Shown: positions 15,912 through 26,511, numbered from the stretch's first letter. The stretch is DNA of 32,000 nucleotides from Candidatus Methylomirabilis oxygeniifera (GCA_000091165.1 FP565575.1:1950001-1982000); one strand, 5' to 3'. A program made the numbers and translations. The notes: generated by a model not told the origin, from the letters alone.

Positions 15912-17147
15912 TTACAGGAAATCGCTAAACCACTGCCTCATCCGATTGATGATCCTGTCTACCAGGCCTTGATCCGCCGGCCTGCTGAATCGATGCTGGT
16001 CCAGATGCGCGGCGCCATACAGCACGAGACCCACGCCGGTTGCGTGCATCGGAGAGCTGACCACCTCCTTCAGGCCGCCCACGCCGAATGGGATCCCCAG
16101 CCGTACCGGCAGATCGAAGATCTGCTCAGCCAGCTCCGGCACGCCCGCCATCGCCGATGACCCGCCGGTCACCACAACGCCGGCGGCCACCTGCTGTATC
16201 AATCCGGCCCGCCGCACCTCCAGTTCCGCATGCGTAAAAATCTCATCCATCCTTGGCTGGACGATCTCGCACAACATCTGCCGCGAGAGCAGGCGGGGTT
16301 TACGACCGCCGACGCTGGGGACCTCCACCACTTCCTCGCCCCCTGCCAGGGAAGCCAACGCGCAACCATATTGACGCTTGATCTCCTCGGCGCACTGCGG
16401 AGGCGTCCTGAGTCCGATGGCGATGTCATGGGTCAGGTGATCACCGCCCAACGGCAGCACCGCAGTATGGCGGATGCTCCCATCGATAAAGACGGCAATA
16501 TCCGAGGTTCCCCCGCCGATATCGATCAGAATCACCCCAAGATCTTTCTCGTCTGCGGTCAGCGTCGCTTCACTGGAGGCCAACGGCTGCAGCACGATAT
16601 CCCGCACCTCCAACCCGGCCCTGTTCGCGCACTTGACGATGTTTTCTGCCGAGGCGACAGCGCCCGTCACGATATGGACCTCGGCCTCGAGACGGCACCC
16701 GCTCATCCCGACCGGTTCTCTTACTCCCCCCTGGTCGTCGATGATGAACTCTTGAGGAATCGTGTGAATGACCCGGCGATCGGCAGGCAGTGTAATGGCC
16801 TTGGCGGCATCCATGACCCGATCGACATCGCTCTGCGTGACCTCATGGTTTTTGCCGGAGATGGCGATCACCCCCCTGCTGTTGATCCCCTTAATGTGAC
16901 TTCCGGCAATCCCCACAAATGCGGAATCCAGGGTGACTCCCGCCATCGCCTCCGCTGCCTCGATTGCCTGCTTGATCGACTCAACGGTCACATCGATATT
17001 GACGACGACACCCTTCTTCAGACCCTGCGATGGACTGATGCCACACCCGACGATTTCGACCTCATTCCCCGTCACCTCCGCAACGATGACGCAGATCTTG
17101 GTCGTCCCGATGTCGAGCCCGGTCACAATCTCGCCCTTTCGGGTCAT
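15912..17147 (-). CDS. ftsA: Cell division protein FtsA
   Basis: IVTGLDIGTTKICVIVAEV, LIDIGGGTSDIAVF, GGSSAMAGVPELAEQIFDLPVRLG. Confidence 0.97.
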   Translation of the reverse strand: MTRKGEIVTGLDIGTTKICVIVAEVTGNEVEIVGCGISPSQGLKKGVVVNIDVTVESIKQAIEAAEAMAGVTLDSAFVGIAGSHIKGINSRGVIAISGKNHEVTQSDVDRVMDAAKAITLPADRRVIHTIPQEFIIDDQGGVREPVGMSGCRLEAEVHIVTGAVASAENIVKCANRAGLEVRDIVLQPLASSEATLTADEKDLGVILIDIGGGTSDIAVFIDGSIRHTAVLPLGGDHLTHDIAIGLRTPPQCAEEIKRQYGCALASLAGGEEVVEVPSVGGRKPRLLSRQMLCEIVQPRMDEIFTHAELEVRRAGLIQQVAAGVVVTGGSSAMAGVPELAEQIFDLPVRLGIPFGVGGLKEVVSSPMHATGVGLVLYGAAHLDQHRFSRPADQGLVDRIINRMRQWFSDFL

Positions 17148-18046
17148 GCACCCTCCTTCGCACGCGGCTTGACGATCACCTTATCGGCGAATCGGAAATC
17201 GGCATATTCCAACTCGCGCAAGGCGGTCCCGCGTATCTCAAGGACCCGCACGAATCGATCTAACTGCTGCTGCACACCTTCATCCTCTCCGAAATGTAGG
17301 GAGGGCAATCCCTGGCCGAGCAACACCGTGTAGCTTCCGTCGCCTTTCAGTTGGATCTCCCTCGCCTGCACATCCGGTCCCAACACTCCCTGATAAAACC
17401 GCTGCCATAAACGCGCTCCCTGTTCGACGCGAGCGGGATCGATCCGCTCCCCCGTCCCAATCGGGTGGCCGGCGTACAGCCTCAAAAGCGGAAGGTCCGA
17501 CATCTCCGCCGGTGAGGCCTCCTGCAGGATCAGTCCATCCTCGCTGACAAGGTAGGCGCGATCGGCGACCACCACGGCGTGTGGCGCGCGCTCCGATACG
17601 TGAACTTGCAAGGTTGCCGGAAGGCGCCTGCTCACCCTAGCTGTTCTAATCCAGGGATTTCGCGCAATAGTCTCCGCAAGCGCCCGCAAATCGACTTCGA
17701 AAATGCTCGCATCAGGCGCCAGGCCCACGCTCTCAACAATCGCCGCGGTTGGTATGCGGTGATTGCCTTCCACAAGCAACTCGCTGATCCGGAAATAGCG
17801 CATCGGCATGGAGCGCGGAACCTGCTGCCAGGCCAGCCATCCCAGACCGACCAGCAACATGGAAAGCATAGTCACGCGCGCGCCTCGTCTCAGGCGTACA
17901 CCACGCCGCGAGCCCCTGCGAGTCACGCTCTGGCGCTGCCATCCTGACCCCGTCGATTCCAATCTCAGGAAGCGACGATTCGGACGAAACCCGGCGCTAT
18001 CCTCAACTCGCGATGGGCGAGCCGACGACCTGAATCTCCAGTTCAA
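17144..18046 (-). CDS. ftsQ: Cell division protein FtsQ
   Basis: POTRA-like FRISELLVEGNHRIPTAAIVESVG...NPWIRTARVSRRLPATLQVHVSERAPHAVV; stop overlaps ftsA start. Confidence 0.9.
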   Translation of the reverse strand: MNWRFRSSARPSRVEDSAGFRPNRRFLRLESTGSGWQRQSVTRRGSRRGVRLRRGARVTMLSMLLVGLGWLAWQQVPRSMPMRYFRISELLVEGNHRIPTAAIVESVGLAPDASIFEVDLRALAETIARNPWIRTARVSRRLPATLQVHVSERAPHAVVVADRAYLVSEDGLILQEASPAEMSDLPLLRLYAGHPIGTGERIDPARVEQGARLWQRFYQGVLGPDVQAREIQLKGDGSYTVLLGQGLPSLHFGEDEGVQQQLDRFVRVLEIRGTALRELEYADFRFADKVIVKPRAKEGA

Positions 18047-18929
18047 GCGCCACTCCTGTCTTCACCATCACCTCGGCTCTGGCTCGCTCGATCAGCCAGA
18101 GCACCTCTGCGGCCGTAGCCCCACCGAGGTTTACGATGAAGTTACCATGTTTCTCAGAGATCTGCGCTCCTCCTCGCCGCAGCCCCTTGAGCCCCGCCTG
18201 TTCCACCAGACGTCCCGCGAAATCGCCGGGAGGGTTCTTGAAGATGCACCCTGCCGACCTGACCTCTACGGGCTGCGTCAGATTTCTCCTCACCAGCAAC
18301 GTCGAGATCGTTCTCCTGATCTCTTCCGCCTCTGCGCGCCGGAGGGTGAAGCAGACTTCAACGATCACTGAACCCGTCGGAAGGATGCAGCGCCTATAAC
18401 CCGCATCGATCTCCGCCCGCGCGAGATACCGCTCCTCGCCTGAGCAATCCACAAGGCGAATCCAGTCAAGGTGATCAGCGATCGCGCCAAGGGACGTCCC
18501 GGCATTCCCCTTGATCGCCCCTCCAACGGTTCCCGGCACGCCCGTCAGCCCTTCGAGACCCGTCAGGCTTCTCGTCGCAGAGAGAGCCAGCAAACGGCTT
18601 GTCCGCACGCCGGCCCCGCACCTCATCTGTTCGCCGGAGACCTCAAGTTCCAGAAAGGTTTGTGAGAGATTCATGACCAGCCCCTTGACCCCCCCATCCA
18701 GCACCAGCATGTTACTGCCGCTACCGAGGATCAGAACGGGGATCGTCTCCTCCCGCGCCACCTTGAGCAGGGCCTTCACATCTTCAAGACCCGCGGGATA
18801 GACCATCACCTCGGCTGGGCCGCCGATCCGAAAATAGGTGTGCGACGCGAGCGGCTCCTCTGTGAGGACCCGCCCCTTAATGAGTCCTTGAAGCCTTTCC
18901 TGTAGACTGAGCGTTTCTATCATTGGCAT
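18003..18929 (-). CDS. murB: UDP-N-acetylenolpyruvoylglucosamine reductase
   Basis: LASHTYFRIGGPAEVMVYP, LGSGSNMLVLDGG, GVPGTVGGAIKGNAG, SAGCIFKNPPGDFAGRLVEQAGLKG. Confidence 0.96.
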   Translation of the reverse strand: MPMIETLSLQERLQGLIKGRVLTEEPLASHTYFRIGGPAEVMVYPAGLEDVKALLKVAREETIPVLILGSGSNMLVLDGGVKGLVMNLSQTFLELEVSGEQMRCGAGVRTSRLLALSATRSLTGLEGLTGVPGTVGGAIKGNAGTSLGAIADHLDWIRLVDCSGEERYLARAEIDAGYRRCILPTGSVIVEVCFTLRRAEAEEIRRTISTLLVRRNLTQPVEVRSAGCIFKNPPGDFAGRLVEQAGLKGLRRGGAQISEKHGNFIVNLGGATAAEVLWLIERARAEVMVKTGVALELEIQVVGSPIAS

Positions 18930-20347
18930 TCGGCAATCGGATTTTTGCTGATGCCTAACGGCTGATTACTGACTGCTGCCCCTTGTAGTCGGCCGACAAT
19001 CTGCTCACCGGCCTTCCAGATATCGCCCGCACCCATAGTGATGACCAGGTCCCCCGGACGGGCCAGTTCGATGACGCGATCCGGGATCTCCTCCTTACGT
19101 TCCACGTACAGAACCTTCGGTCCTTTCCGGACGACAACTCCGTCAGCAATCTGCCGACCGGAAACTCCGGCAATCGGGGTCTCTCCTGCCGGATAGATCC
19201 CGGTGATGATCACCTGATCGGCGAAGTCAAAGGCCGAGGCAAACTCGGGGAGCAACCGTTGCGTCCTGCTGTACCGATGCGGCTGAAAAATGACGATCAG
19301 CCGCCGTCCGAATCCATCTCTGGCCGCTTTGAGCGTGGCCTGGATCTCCGCCGGGTGATGAGCGTAGTCGTCGACCACCATGATATCCTGGGGACTCCCC
19401 TTTACCTGAAAACGTCGAACAACACCGGAGAACTCCCCGAGCGCCGTCCGGATTGCGGCAAATTCGATGTCCAGCTCAAGGCCCACTGCCATGGCTGCCA
19501 ATGCATTCGACACATTGTGCACTCCAGGAATCCTGAGCTGTACCTCCCCCAGCGGCTCTCCCTTGAACCTCACCTTAAAGGTGGAGCTGAGCCCGGTGAG
19601 TGATACTCCCTCCGCCATCAAATCGGCCTGCGTGTGACAGCCATATGAGACAACACGTTTCTGTACCATGGGCAACAGGTCTCGAATATGTTCCTGATCG
19701 AGGCAGAGAATCGCGGAGCCATAGAAGGGAACTTTATTAATAAACTCGAGAAACGTCTCCTTAATCTGCTGTAGATCGCGGTAGTAATCGAGGTGCTCGG
19801 CATCGACGGTGGTGACTACGGCGATGGTGGGCGCCAGCTTGAGGAACGAGCCGTCGCTCTCGTCGGCCTCCGCAACCATGAACTCGCCACGCCCGAGTTT
19901 CGCGTTGCTGCCGAGCGCATCCAGCCTGCCTCCGATGACCACGGTGGGATCGAGACCCGCCTTGGCCAGGACCGTCGCCACCATGGAGGTAGTGGTGGTC
20001 TTTCCATGGGTGCCGGCAACGGCTACGCCGTACTTCATCCGCATCAGCTCAGCCAGCATCTCCGCTCGCTGAATAACCGGAATGGCATGCGCCTTCGCCG
20101 CAACAATCTCGGGATTCTCCGGAGAGACCGCCGAGGACCGGACGACGACATCGGCCTCCTGCACGTGAGCGGGATCGTGGCCGATCTGAACGGTAATCCC
20201 CAGCGACTGAAGACGATGGGCATGCTCCGACACCTTCAGATCGGAGCCGCTGACCTGATAGCCAAGATTGTGGAGGACCTCGGCAATTCCGCTCATCCCG
20301 ACCCCTCCGATCCCAACGAAGTGGATGTGCCGGATCTTCTTAAACAT
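18920..20347 (-). CDS. murC: UDP-N-acetylmuramate--L-alanine ligase
   Basis: HFVGIGGVGMSGIAEVLHNLGY, VAGTHGKTTTTSMV, EADESDGSFL; ATG at 20347 (MFKKIRH) preferred over track start 20551. Confidence 0.96.
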   Translation of the reverse strand: MFKKIRHIHFVGIGGVGMSGIAEVLHNLGYQVSGSDLKVSEHAHRLQSLGITVQIGHDPAHVQEADVVVRSSAVSPENPEIVAAKAHAIPVIQRAEMLAELMRMKYGVAVAGTHGKTTTTSMVATVLAKAGLDPTVVIGGRLDALGSNAKLGRGEFMVAEADESDGSFLKLAPTIAVVTTVDAEHLDYYRDLQQIKETFLEFINKVPFYGSAILCLDQEHIRDLLPMVQKRVVSYGCHTQADLMAEGVSLTGLSSTFKVRFKGEPLGEVQLRIPGVHNVSNALAAMAVGLELDIEFAAIRTALGEFSGVVRRFQVKGSPQDIMVVDDYAHHPAEIQATLKAARDGFGRRLIVIFQPHRYSRTQRLLPEFASAFDFADQVIITGIYPAGETPIAGVSGRQIADGVVVRKGPKVLYVERKEEIPDRVIELARPGDLVITMGAGDIWKAGEQIVGRLQGAAVSNQPLGISKNPIAECQ

Positions 20348-21503
20348 GGTTGCAGCTCTCCGTCTCGCGTCGCAGGTCCGGCTTGAACAGGTGGGACCTG
20401 GCGCCTGGCGCCTGGCGCGCAGTCTGTGTAACAAGATCGGCCAAACGGATCGCCGCGTCCGGCTTCGCCAGAGCCTTCGCCCTGCGCGCCATGACCTCAA
20501 GCCCCTCTCGGTCGCGCAGACACGTCCGTATGATCTCGGCCACCGCGGCACCGCTCAACTCACAGTCCAGGACCATTCGAGCGCCGCCTGAGGCGACTAC
20601 CGCTTCAGCGTTGTACCGCTGGTGATCGTTGGCGGCAAAGGGGAACGGAACGAGCACCGACGGTTTACCTAAAGCGCAGAGCTCCACCACGGTGCCGGCG
20701 CCGGCCCGACAGACACAGAGATCGGCAGCGGCATATGCGACGGCCATCGCCTGGAAGAACGGTTCCACCGCCGCTCGATACCCCCCCACATCATATCCTT
20801 GTCGGACGACGGCAAGATCGCGCGGACCGGTGGCATGGATGAACTGGATCTGCTCTCGCTCGTCCGCAAGCAGGGGGAGCGCCTCCATGACCGACTGGTT
20901 CAGCCGGTGCGCCCCCTGGCTGCCGCCAAAGATCAGAACGGTCAGTCGATTCGGATCGAGATCCAAGCGGGTCACCGCCTCTACCCTGCTCACACCGAAG
21001 AGCTCCGTTCGGACCGGATTGCCGGTCACCCGCACCTTGTTTTTGGGAAAAAACTCGGACGCCCCCTCGAAGGTCACTGCGACGCGATCAACGATCTTCC
21101 CCAACCATCGGTTGGCCAGCCCCGGTAAGGCGTTCTGTTCATGGATCACCGTCGGGACCCTCGCAAGCACTGCCGACAGGACGACGGCGGCCGAGGCGTA
21201 GCCGCCAAACCCGACCACGACATCGGGGCGGAACCGTCGAAGGATCGACAGAGACCGAATGAGACCTGAGGGGATCAGCGTGAGACTCCGAAGCCGCGAT
21301 AGGAACCGCTTGCCCTGCAAACCGGAGGCCCTGATCCCTTCAAAATCCCACCCTCTCCTTGCCAGCAGCGATGCCTCAACCCCTCCCTCGACGCCAACAA
21401 ACAGGAGCGGTAGATCGGTCGTTCGCGACCTGAGCTCCTCAGCCAGCGCGATGGCGGGAAAGAGGTGACCGCCCGTCCCGCCCCCTGCAATGATGGCCTT
21501 CAT
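20340..21503 (-). CDS. murG: Undecaprenyldiphospho-muramoylpentapeptide beta-N-acetylglucosaminyltransferase
   Basis: IIAGGGTGGHLFPAIALAEEL, VVGFGGYASAAVVLSA, HEQNALPGLANR, CRAGAGTVVELCALGKPSVLVPFPFAANDHQ. Confidence 0.96.
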   Translation of the reverse strand: MKAIIAGGGTGGHLFPAIALAEELRSRTTDLPLLFVGVEGGVEASLLARRGWDFEGIRASGLQGKRFLSRLRSLTLIPSGLIRSLSILRRFRPDVVVGFGGYASAAVVLSAVLARVPTVIHEQNALPGLANRWLGKIVDRVAVTFEGASEFFPKNKVRVTGNPVRTELFGVSRVEAVTRLDLDPNRLTVLIFGGSQGAHRLNQSVMEALPLLADEREQIQFIHATGPRDLAVVRQGYDVGGYRAAVEPFFQAMAVAYAAADLCVCRAGAGTVVELCALGKPSVLVPFPFAANDHQRYNAEAVVASGGARMVLDCELSGAAVAEIIRTCLRDREGLEVMARRAKALAKPDAAIRLADLVTQTARQAPGARSHLFKPDLRRETESCNHV

Positions 21504-22615
21504 GCGAATCGTCCTCTCGCCGTCTGGTAACGCGAGATGCTAAGCAGGATGCCGATACAGAACAAGGTGATGACCAGGGATGTGCCGCCGAAGCTGACCA
21601 ACGGCAACGGCAAACCCGTAATAGGCAGCAGTCCGACGACCACCCCGAGATTGACGGCGGCCTGGGCCACGATGATAAAGGTAATGCCCATCGCCGTGTA
21701 GGCGCCGAACAGGTCGGGCGCACGGAGTGCGATTCGAGTCCCCCGCCACAGCACAATACCGAAAAGGAAGACCAACAGCAGCGTCCCTACCAGTCCCGTC
21801 TCCTCCCCGACGACAGCAAAGATGAACTCGGTATGGGACTCCGGCAGATAGCCCAACTTCCCAAGGCTGCCACCGAGCCCCCGCCCCAGCAGTCCCCCCG
21901 GCCCCAATGCATAGATCGACTGGTTGGTCTGGTGTATGGCTTTGGAGGAGGCGTGAGTAGGGTCCAGCACCGTCATCACTCGCGTGAGCGCATACGGGTG
22001 GGTTATGACAAGCACGACGGCGGCCGTCGCAACGACGAGCACCACGGCGCCCAGGTGGCTCAGGCGGACACCTGCAACGAAACAGAGCGCCACGACGGCA
22101 CACAGCAGGATCCCCACCATCCCAAAGTGGGGCTGTAAAATAATCAGACCGCACGTAAGTCCGGAGAGGATAAGCGGCAAGGAAAAGCGTTTGACGAACT
22201 GTCCCTCCTGATCGGCTCTTTTGGCGAGGAGCCTGGCCATGAGGAGGACAATGGAGAGTTTGGCCAGCTCGGACGGTTGAAAGGAGATTCCGAACAGCCG
22301 GATCCACCGCCTGGCGTTGTTGACCTTCACCCCGATTGACGGGACCAGCACGAGAATGAGAAGAAACACCGAAAAAAAGAATAAAAGTGGCGCGTACTGC
22401 TGGAAGGTGCGGTAATCGCGGTTCATGGCCCAGACCATGGCCACGAACCCGATCAGGGCCCAGAGGAGCTGCTTTTTCAGGAAAAAGAACGGGTCGTCGT
22501 ATTTCTCCCCCGCCCTGATTGCGCCCGCGCTATAGACCATGATAATACCAACTCCGACCAGCAACAGCGAGACGCTGTACAGCAGCCTGTCGTAGGAGAG
22601 ACGCTTACCGGTCAC
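21500..22615 (-). CDS. ftsW: Peptidoglycan glycosyltransferase / division protein FtsW
   Basis: SEDS-family multi-TM protein: VPSIGVKVNNARRWIRLFGISFQPSELAKL, HTEFIFAVVGEETGLVG, LPLPLVSFGGTSLVITLFCIGILLSI. Confidence 0.94.
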   Translation of the reverse strand: MTGKRLSYDRLLYSVSLLLVGVGIIMVYSAGAIRAGEKYDDPFFFLKKQLLWALIGFVAMVWAMNRDYRTFQQYAPLLFFFSVFLLILVLVPSIGVKVNNARRWIRLFGISFQPSELAKLSIVLLMARLLAKRADQEGQFVKRFSLPLILSGLTCGLIILQPHFGMVGILLCAVVALCFVAGVRLSHLGAVVLVVATAAVVLVITHPYALTRVMTVLDPTHASSKAIHQTNQSIYALGPGGLLGRGLGGSLGKLGYLPESHTEFIFAVVGEETGLVGTLLLVFLFGIVLWRGTRIALRAPDLFGAYTAMGITFIIVAQAAVNLGVVVGLLPITGLPLPLVSFGGTSLVITLFCIGILLSISRYQTARGRFA

Positions 22616-23997
22616 GCCTGTCCCTGTATGCTGTCAGCGGGGGACACAAGCCCTCGGACCGCCGCCTTGAAGACGCGTCCACGATCCTCAAAATCAGTAA
22701 ACATATCGAAGCTGGCGCAGGCCGGCGACAGCAAGACAACCTCTCCCGGAGAAGCGGCAGCCGCAGCGCGCCGTACGGCCTCCTCAAGACTCGACACCAC
22801 CTCTGTCGGACAAACAGACGCGAGCATGCGCCGCAGCGTCTCAGCAGCCTCACCGATCAGAATCAGCCGTTTGACCCGCTCGCGGACAAGGGGGATGAGC
22901 GGCGCGAAATCGCCATGCTTGTCCCTGCCGCCGGCGATGAGCACAACAGGGTTCGTAAAACTCTCCAATGATCGGACGACCGCTCCAACATTGGTCCCTT
23001 TGGAGTCGTTGATGTAGCGAACGCCGGCGATCTCGGCGACAAACTCCAGACGATGTTCCAGCCCCTCGAAACTGGTGAGCGCTATCCGGATCGCTGTCGT
23101 GGGGGTACCGGCTACCGCCGCCGCCAGGCCGGCGGCCAGCGCATTCTCCAGATTATGCACACCCTGAATCTTCAGTTCGGATTTCCGGCAGATGACCTCT
23201 CGCACCCCGTCAAGGGCCAGCATGAGCTGATCGTCTTCAACATACGCCCCCGTATCGAGCGGTCTGGTCCGGCTGAATGCGATCCTCCGTCCTCGGGCCT
23301 GTGCCGACACCTGAAGAACCAGCGGATCGTCCGCATTGATGACGGCAAAGTCGGACGGCCGTTGATTCTCGAAGATACGAGCCTTGGCCCGGTAATAGTC
23401 TTCGACCTGATCGTAGCGATCAAGATGATCAGGGGCGAGATTTAGCAGCAACGCCACACGCGGCCTGAACTCATCGATCGTTTCCAGTTGAAAACTCGAC
23501 AGCTCTGCAACCACACACTCTCCCGCAGCGAGGGAAGGCGCCACCCGGCAGAGCGGCGTACCGATGTTGCCGGCCACATACGAAGGCAGGCCGGCCTGCT
23601 TCAGCATGGCGCCAATCAGGGTTGTGGTAGTGCTTTTGCCGTTGGTCCCGGTAATCCCGATGAACGTGGCGTCACTATATCGGTAGGCCAATTCGACCTC
23701 GCCGATCAGCGGGATACCCGCCTCACGAACCCGCCGAAACCGCGGCTCACGCAGATCGATCCCCGGACTGACGACAACGAGATCGGCCGAGGGCAAAGAG
23801 CGCAGATACTGCTTACCCAGCTCAAGACTGACGCCGTCCTGCTCCAGGCTACAGAGGTCGGCGCCGACCTCACGCTCACCCCTGCGATCGGTACCGACGA
23901 CGGCAGCGCCCTGTTTGAGCAACAGACGGCAGGCCGCCTCTCCCGATCGCGCCAACCCGATCACCACCACACGTTTGCCGGCCAGATCGATCATCAC
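22612..23997 (-). CDS. murD: UDP-N-acetylmuramoylalanine--D-glutamate ligase
   Basis: VVIGLARSGEAACRLL, FIGITGTNGKSTTTTLIG, ELSSFQLETI, NDSKGTNVGAVVRSLESF. Confidence 0.96.
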   Translation of the reverse strand: MMIDLAGKRVVVIGLARSGEAACRLLLKQGAAVVGTDRRGEREVGADLCSLEQDGVSLELGKQYLRSLPSADLVVVSPGIDLREPRFRRVREAGIPLIGEVELAYRYSDATFIGITGTNGKSTTTTLIGAMLKQAGLPSYVAGNIGTPLCRVAPSLAAGECVVAELSSFQLETIDEFRPRVALLLNLAPDHLDRYDQVEDYYRAKARIFENQRPSDFAVINADDPLVLQVSAQARGRRIAFSRTRPLDTGAYVEDDQLMLALDGVREVICRKSELKIQGVHNLENALAAGLAAAVAGTPTTAIRIALTSFEGLEHRLEFVAEIAGVRYINDSKGTNVGAVVRSLESFTNPVVLIAGGRDKHGDFAPLIPLVRERVKRLILIGEAAETLRRMLASVCPTEVVSSLEEAVRRAAAAASPGEVVLLSPACASFDMFTDFEDRGRVFKAAVRGLVSPADSIQGQA

Positions 23998-24007
23998 AGC
24001 CTCTATT

Positions 24008-25090
24008 TCACCTCAATTTCAACGTCGTGAGCGAGAGCAGGGCCAGGATAAAGGAGATGATCCAGAACCTGACAATGATCTTCGGCTCCGCCATCCCGTT
24101 CAACTCGTAGTGATGATGGATCGGCGCCATTCGGAAGATCCGTCGCCCGGTCGTCCGATAGGAGAAGACCTGCAGGATTACTGAGACGGCCTCTGCGACA
24201 AACACCCCTCCGACGATGAGCAGGAGCAGTTCGCTCTTGACCAAGACAGCAAGCGTGGCCACGGCGGCCCCGAGCGCCAACGAGCCGGTGTCGCCCATAA
24301 AAAGCTGCGCGGGATACGCGTTATACCAGAGGAATCCCATAGCCGCCCCAACGATGGCGCCGCCAAACACCGTGAGTTCGGAACTCCCTCTTACAAAGAC
24401 GACCTGCAGGTAGTGAGCGATGCTGGCATGTCCCGCAATGTACGCCAGCACCGTATACGCCGCTGCGGTCATCAGTGTCGGACCGATGGCCAATCCATCC
24501 AGGCCATCGGTCAGGTTCACCGCATTGGACGCGCCGACAATGACCAGCGTGACAAACAGGACATAGCCCCAGCCCAGATCGGGCATCCAGTGTTTGAAGA
24601 ACGGGATAGCCAGCTTTGTGGTGTAGGCATCGACGGGGTTAACGTACAGGCAGAGTCCGACAAGCATACTGGGAATCACCTGCCATAACAGTTTTGTCTT
24701 CGCTGAAAGCCCCTTGCTGTTCTTGGCCACGACCTTTCGGTAGTCGTCGATGAACCCCACCGCTCCCATCCAGACCGTACTGAACAGGGCGAGCCACACG
24801 AATCGGTTGATCAGGTTCGCCCAGAGCAACGTGGCGATAAGTATGGAGGCCAGAATCAGGAGGCCGCCCATCGTGGGCGTCCCGGCCTTCTGCAGATGGC
24901 CTGAGGGACCGTCGTCCCTGATGCTTTGGCCGATTTGCAACGCCTGAAGCCTGCGGATCAACGCAGGCCCCAACAACAGACTGATCAGCAGCGCAGTGAG
25001 GATGGCCCCGGCCGTACGAAAGGTCACGTACCGGAAGACATTTAAGGCTGCGTAGCTTTCGTGCCATGGGTAAAGCAAGTGATACAGCAT
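24008..25090 (-). CDS. mraY: Phospho-N-acetylmuramoyl-pentapeptide-transferase
   Basis: [102 protein letters not shown]. Confidence 0.97.
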   Translation of the reverse strand: MLYHLLYPWHESYAALNVFRYVTFRTAGAILTALLISLLLGPALIRRLQALQIGQSIRDDGPSGHLQKAGTPTMGGLLILASILIATLLWANLINRFVWLALFSTVWMGAVGFIDDYRKVVAKNSKGLSAKTKLLWQVIPSMLVGLCLYVNPVDAYTTKLAIPFFKHWMPDLGWGYVLFVTLVIVGASNAVNLTDGLDGLAIGPTLMTAAAYTVLAYIAGHASIAHYLQVVFVRGSSELTVFGGAIVGAAMGFLWYNAYPAQLFMGDTGSLALGAAVATLAVLVKSELLLLIVGGVFVAEAVSVILQVFSYRTTGRRIFRMAPIHHHYELNGMAEPKIIVRFWIISFILALLSLTTLKLR

Positions 25091-25104
25091 ACATCCTCAG
25101 TTAG

Positions 25105-25197
25105 AGGGTCTAGGGTGTAAGGTGTAGTTAAATGCAAATGCCCCTCTAATCAGTACGTCTTTCATTCTCTACCCTTCACCCTTTACCCTATACCCTG
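25105..25197. repeat. Inverted pair of degenerate AGGGTRT heptamer arrays
   Basis: Plus strand AGGGTCT AGGGTGT AAGGTGT (25105-25125) facing TCTACCCTTCACCCTTTACCCTATACCCTG (25168-25197) in the ddl/mraY gap. Confidence 0.65.
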
Positions 25198-25200
25198 CTC

Positions 25201-26511
25201 TTATTTGCCCGGAGTCACCAGATGTCGTCGATCCACCAACGCCTTACCCTCGGTCGATTTGAACTGAGTTGACCGCTTATCCCGATGGGCCTCAAGCGCC
25301 AATTCCACCAGGCGAACGATCAACTCCGCCGGTTTTACCCCGCTTCGCTCCCAGAGGGTAAGGGACAGCGATCCGGGCATAGTATTGATCTCATTGACGT
25401 ACGGCTTCATAGCGGCCGAATCGACCAGGAAATCAACCCGGGAGATCCCGCGCGAATCGATCGACTTGAAGGCCGCTGCCGCTATGGATCGTATCTCATC
25501 AGAAAGCGCCTGGGGAATTCTGGCTGGGATAATACTCGGTGCCAGGTCTGCGCTCCCCGGCTTCTTATTCTCCGGGTACTTATCGCGGTAGCCCACAACC
25601 TCACCCGAGCTGATAAGTTCCTCGCACTCCGAGACGGTCAAGGCGTGATTCCCGATGACGCCACATTGCACCTCGATCCGCTGCTGTACGGCTCGCTCGA
25701 CCAGCACACGACAACTGAAACGCATCGCGCGCTTCGCGAGGCTCAGCGCTTCAACCGCATCATGCGCCACACCGATACCGACACTGGAACCTGCCACGGC
25801 AGGCTTAACCACCACCGGATAGCTCAGTATGCGCTCAAGCGCCTGTACGACAGCCGCCTCATCTTCCAATAGTTCACGCCGGGTCACACCGATCCCCTCG
25901 ACAACGGGAAGGCCTGCGCCCTGGAATACAAGCTTGGAAATAATCTTATCCATTCCCACCGCCGAGGCGGCCACCCCGGCCCCGACATATGGCAGGTTGG
26001 CCAGTTCACACAGACCCTGAATCGTTCCATCCTCGCCATGCGTCCCGTGAATGACCGGGAAGGCCACGTCGATAGTGGGATGGAGCGTCTTACGAAGCCA
26101 GCCCTTCCGTTCCTGTTGCGGCATCAACCCGCCGACCGACGGATCCGGCGACAGAAAGAGCGGCTCAACCCCCGTTGCGTTCACGCCCCGGTCCAGGTTC
26201 TCGAGCTGCGGCGCGTATCGTTCGCGATTCAGCCGCAACTTTTCGGCATCGAGCCTCACTCGCTCATCCGGTCCGGCCATGGCGCCACGCTCCGCCAGCT
26301 TTCGTATTTCAGCATCGACCATCAACAGGTCTCGAACCGCCTCGCCGGTGAGCCACGTACCCTCCGCCGTCAGAAAGATCGGCAGCGTCTCGAACCGATC
26401 CTGCAGCGACAGCAAGACCTCGTAGACCTTGCCCGCGGTCATAATCGAAACCTCGCGCTCTACCGAGCGGCTTCCGAAGATCAGCCCTATGCGTGTCAGG
26501 CTGCTGTTCAT
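25201..26511 (-). CDS. ddl: D-alanine--D-alanine ligase
   Basis: GLIFGSRSVEREVSIMTAGKV, FPVIHGTHGEDGTIQGLCEL, VVKPAVAGSSVGIGVAH, SRVDFLVDS...PYVNEINTMPGSLSLTLW-like C-terminus. Confidence 0.93.
   Translation of the reverse strand: MNSSLTRIGLIFGSRSVEREVSIMTAGKVYEVLLSLQDRFETLPIFLTAEGTWLTGEAVRDLLMVDAEIRKLAERGAMAGPDERVRLDAEKLRLNRERYAPQLENLDRGVNATGVEPLFLSPDPSVGGLMPQQERKGWLRKTLHPTIDVAFPVIHGTHGEDGTIQGLCELANLPYVGAGVAASAVGMDKIISKLVFQGAGLPVVEGIGVTRRELLEDEAAVVQALERILSYPVVVKPAVAGSSVGIGVAHDAVEALSLAKRAMRFSCRVLVERAVQQRIEVQCGVIGNHALTVSECEELISSGEVVGYRDKYPENKKPGSADLAPSIIPARIPQALSDEIRSIAAAAFKSIDSRGISRVDFLVDSAAMKPYVNEINTMPGSLSLTLWERSGVKPAELIVRLVELALEAHRDKRSTQFKSTEGKALVDRRHLVTPGK

Noticed and set aside
16230-17333. 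Long plus-strand ORF (367 aa)
   Set aside because: Antisense to ftsA/ftsQ, which have unambiguous motifs; shadow ORF in GC-rich DNA.
19793-20386. Plus-strand ORF (197 aa)
   Set aside because: Antisense to murC with no recognisable domain.
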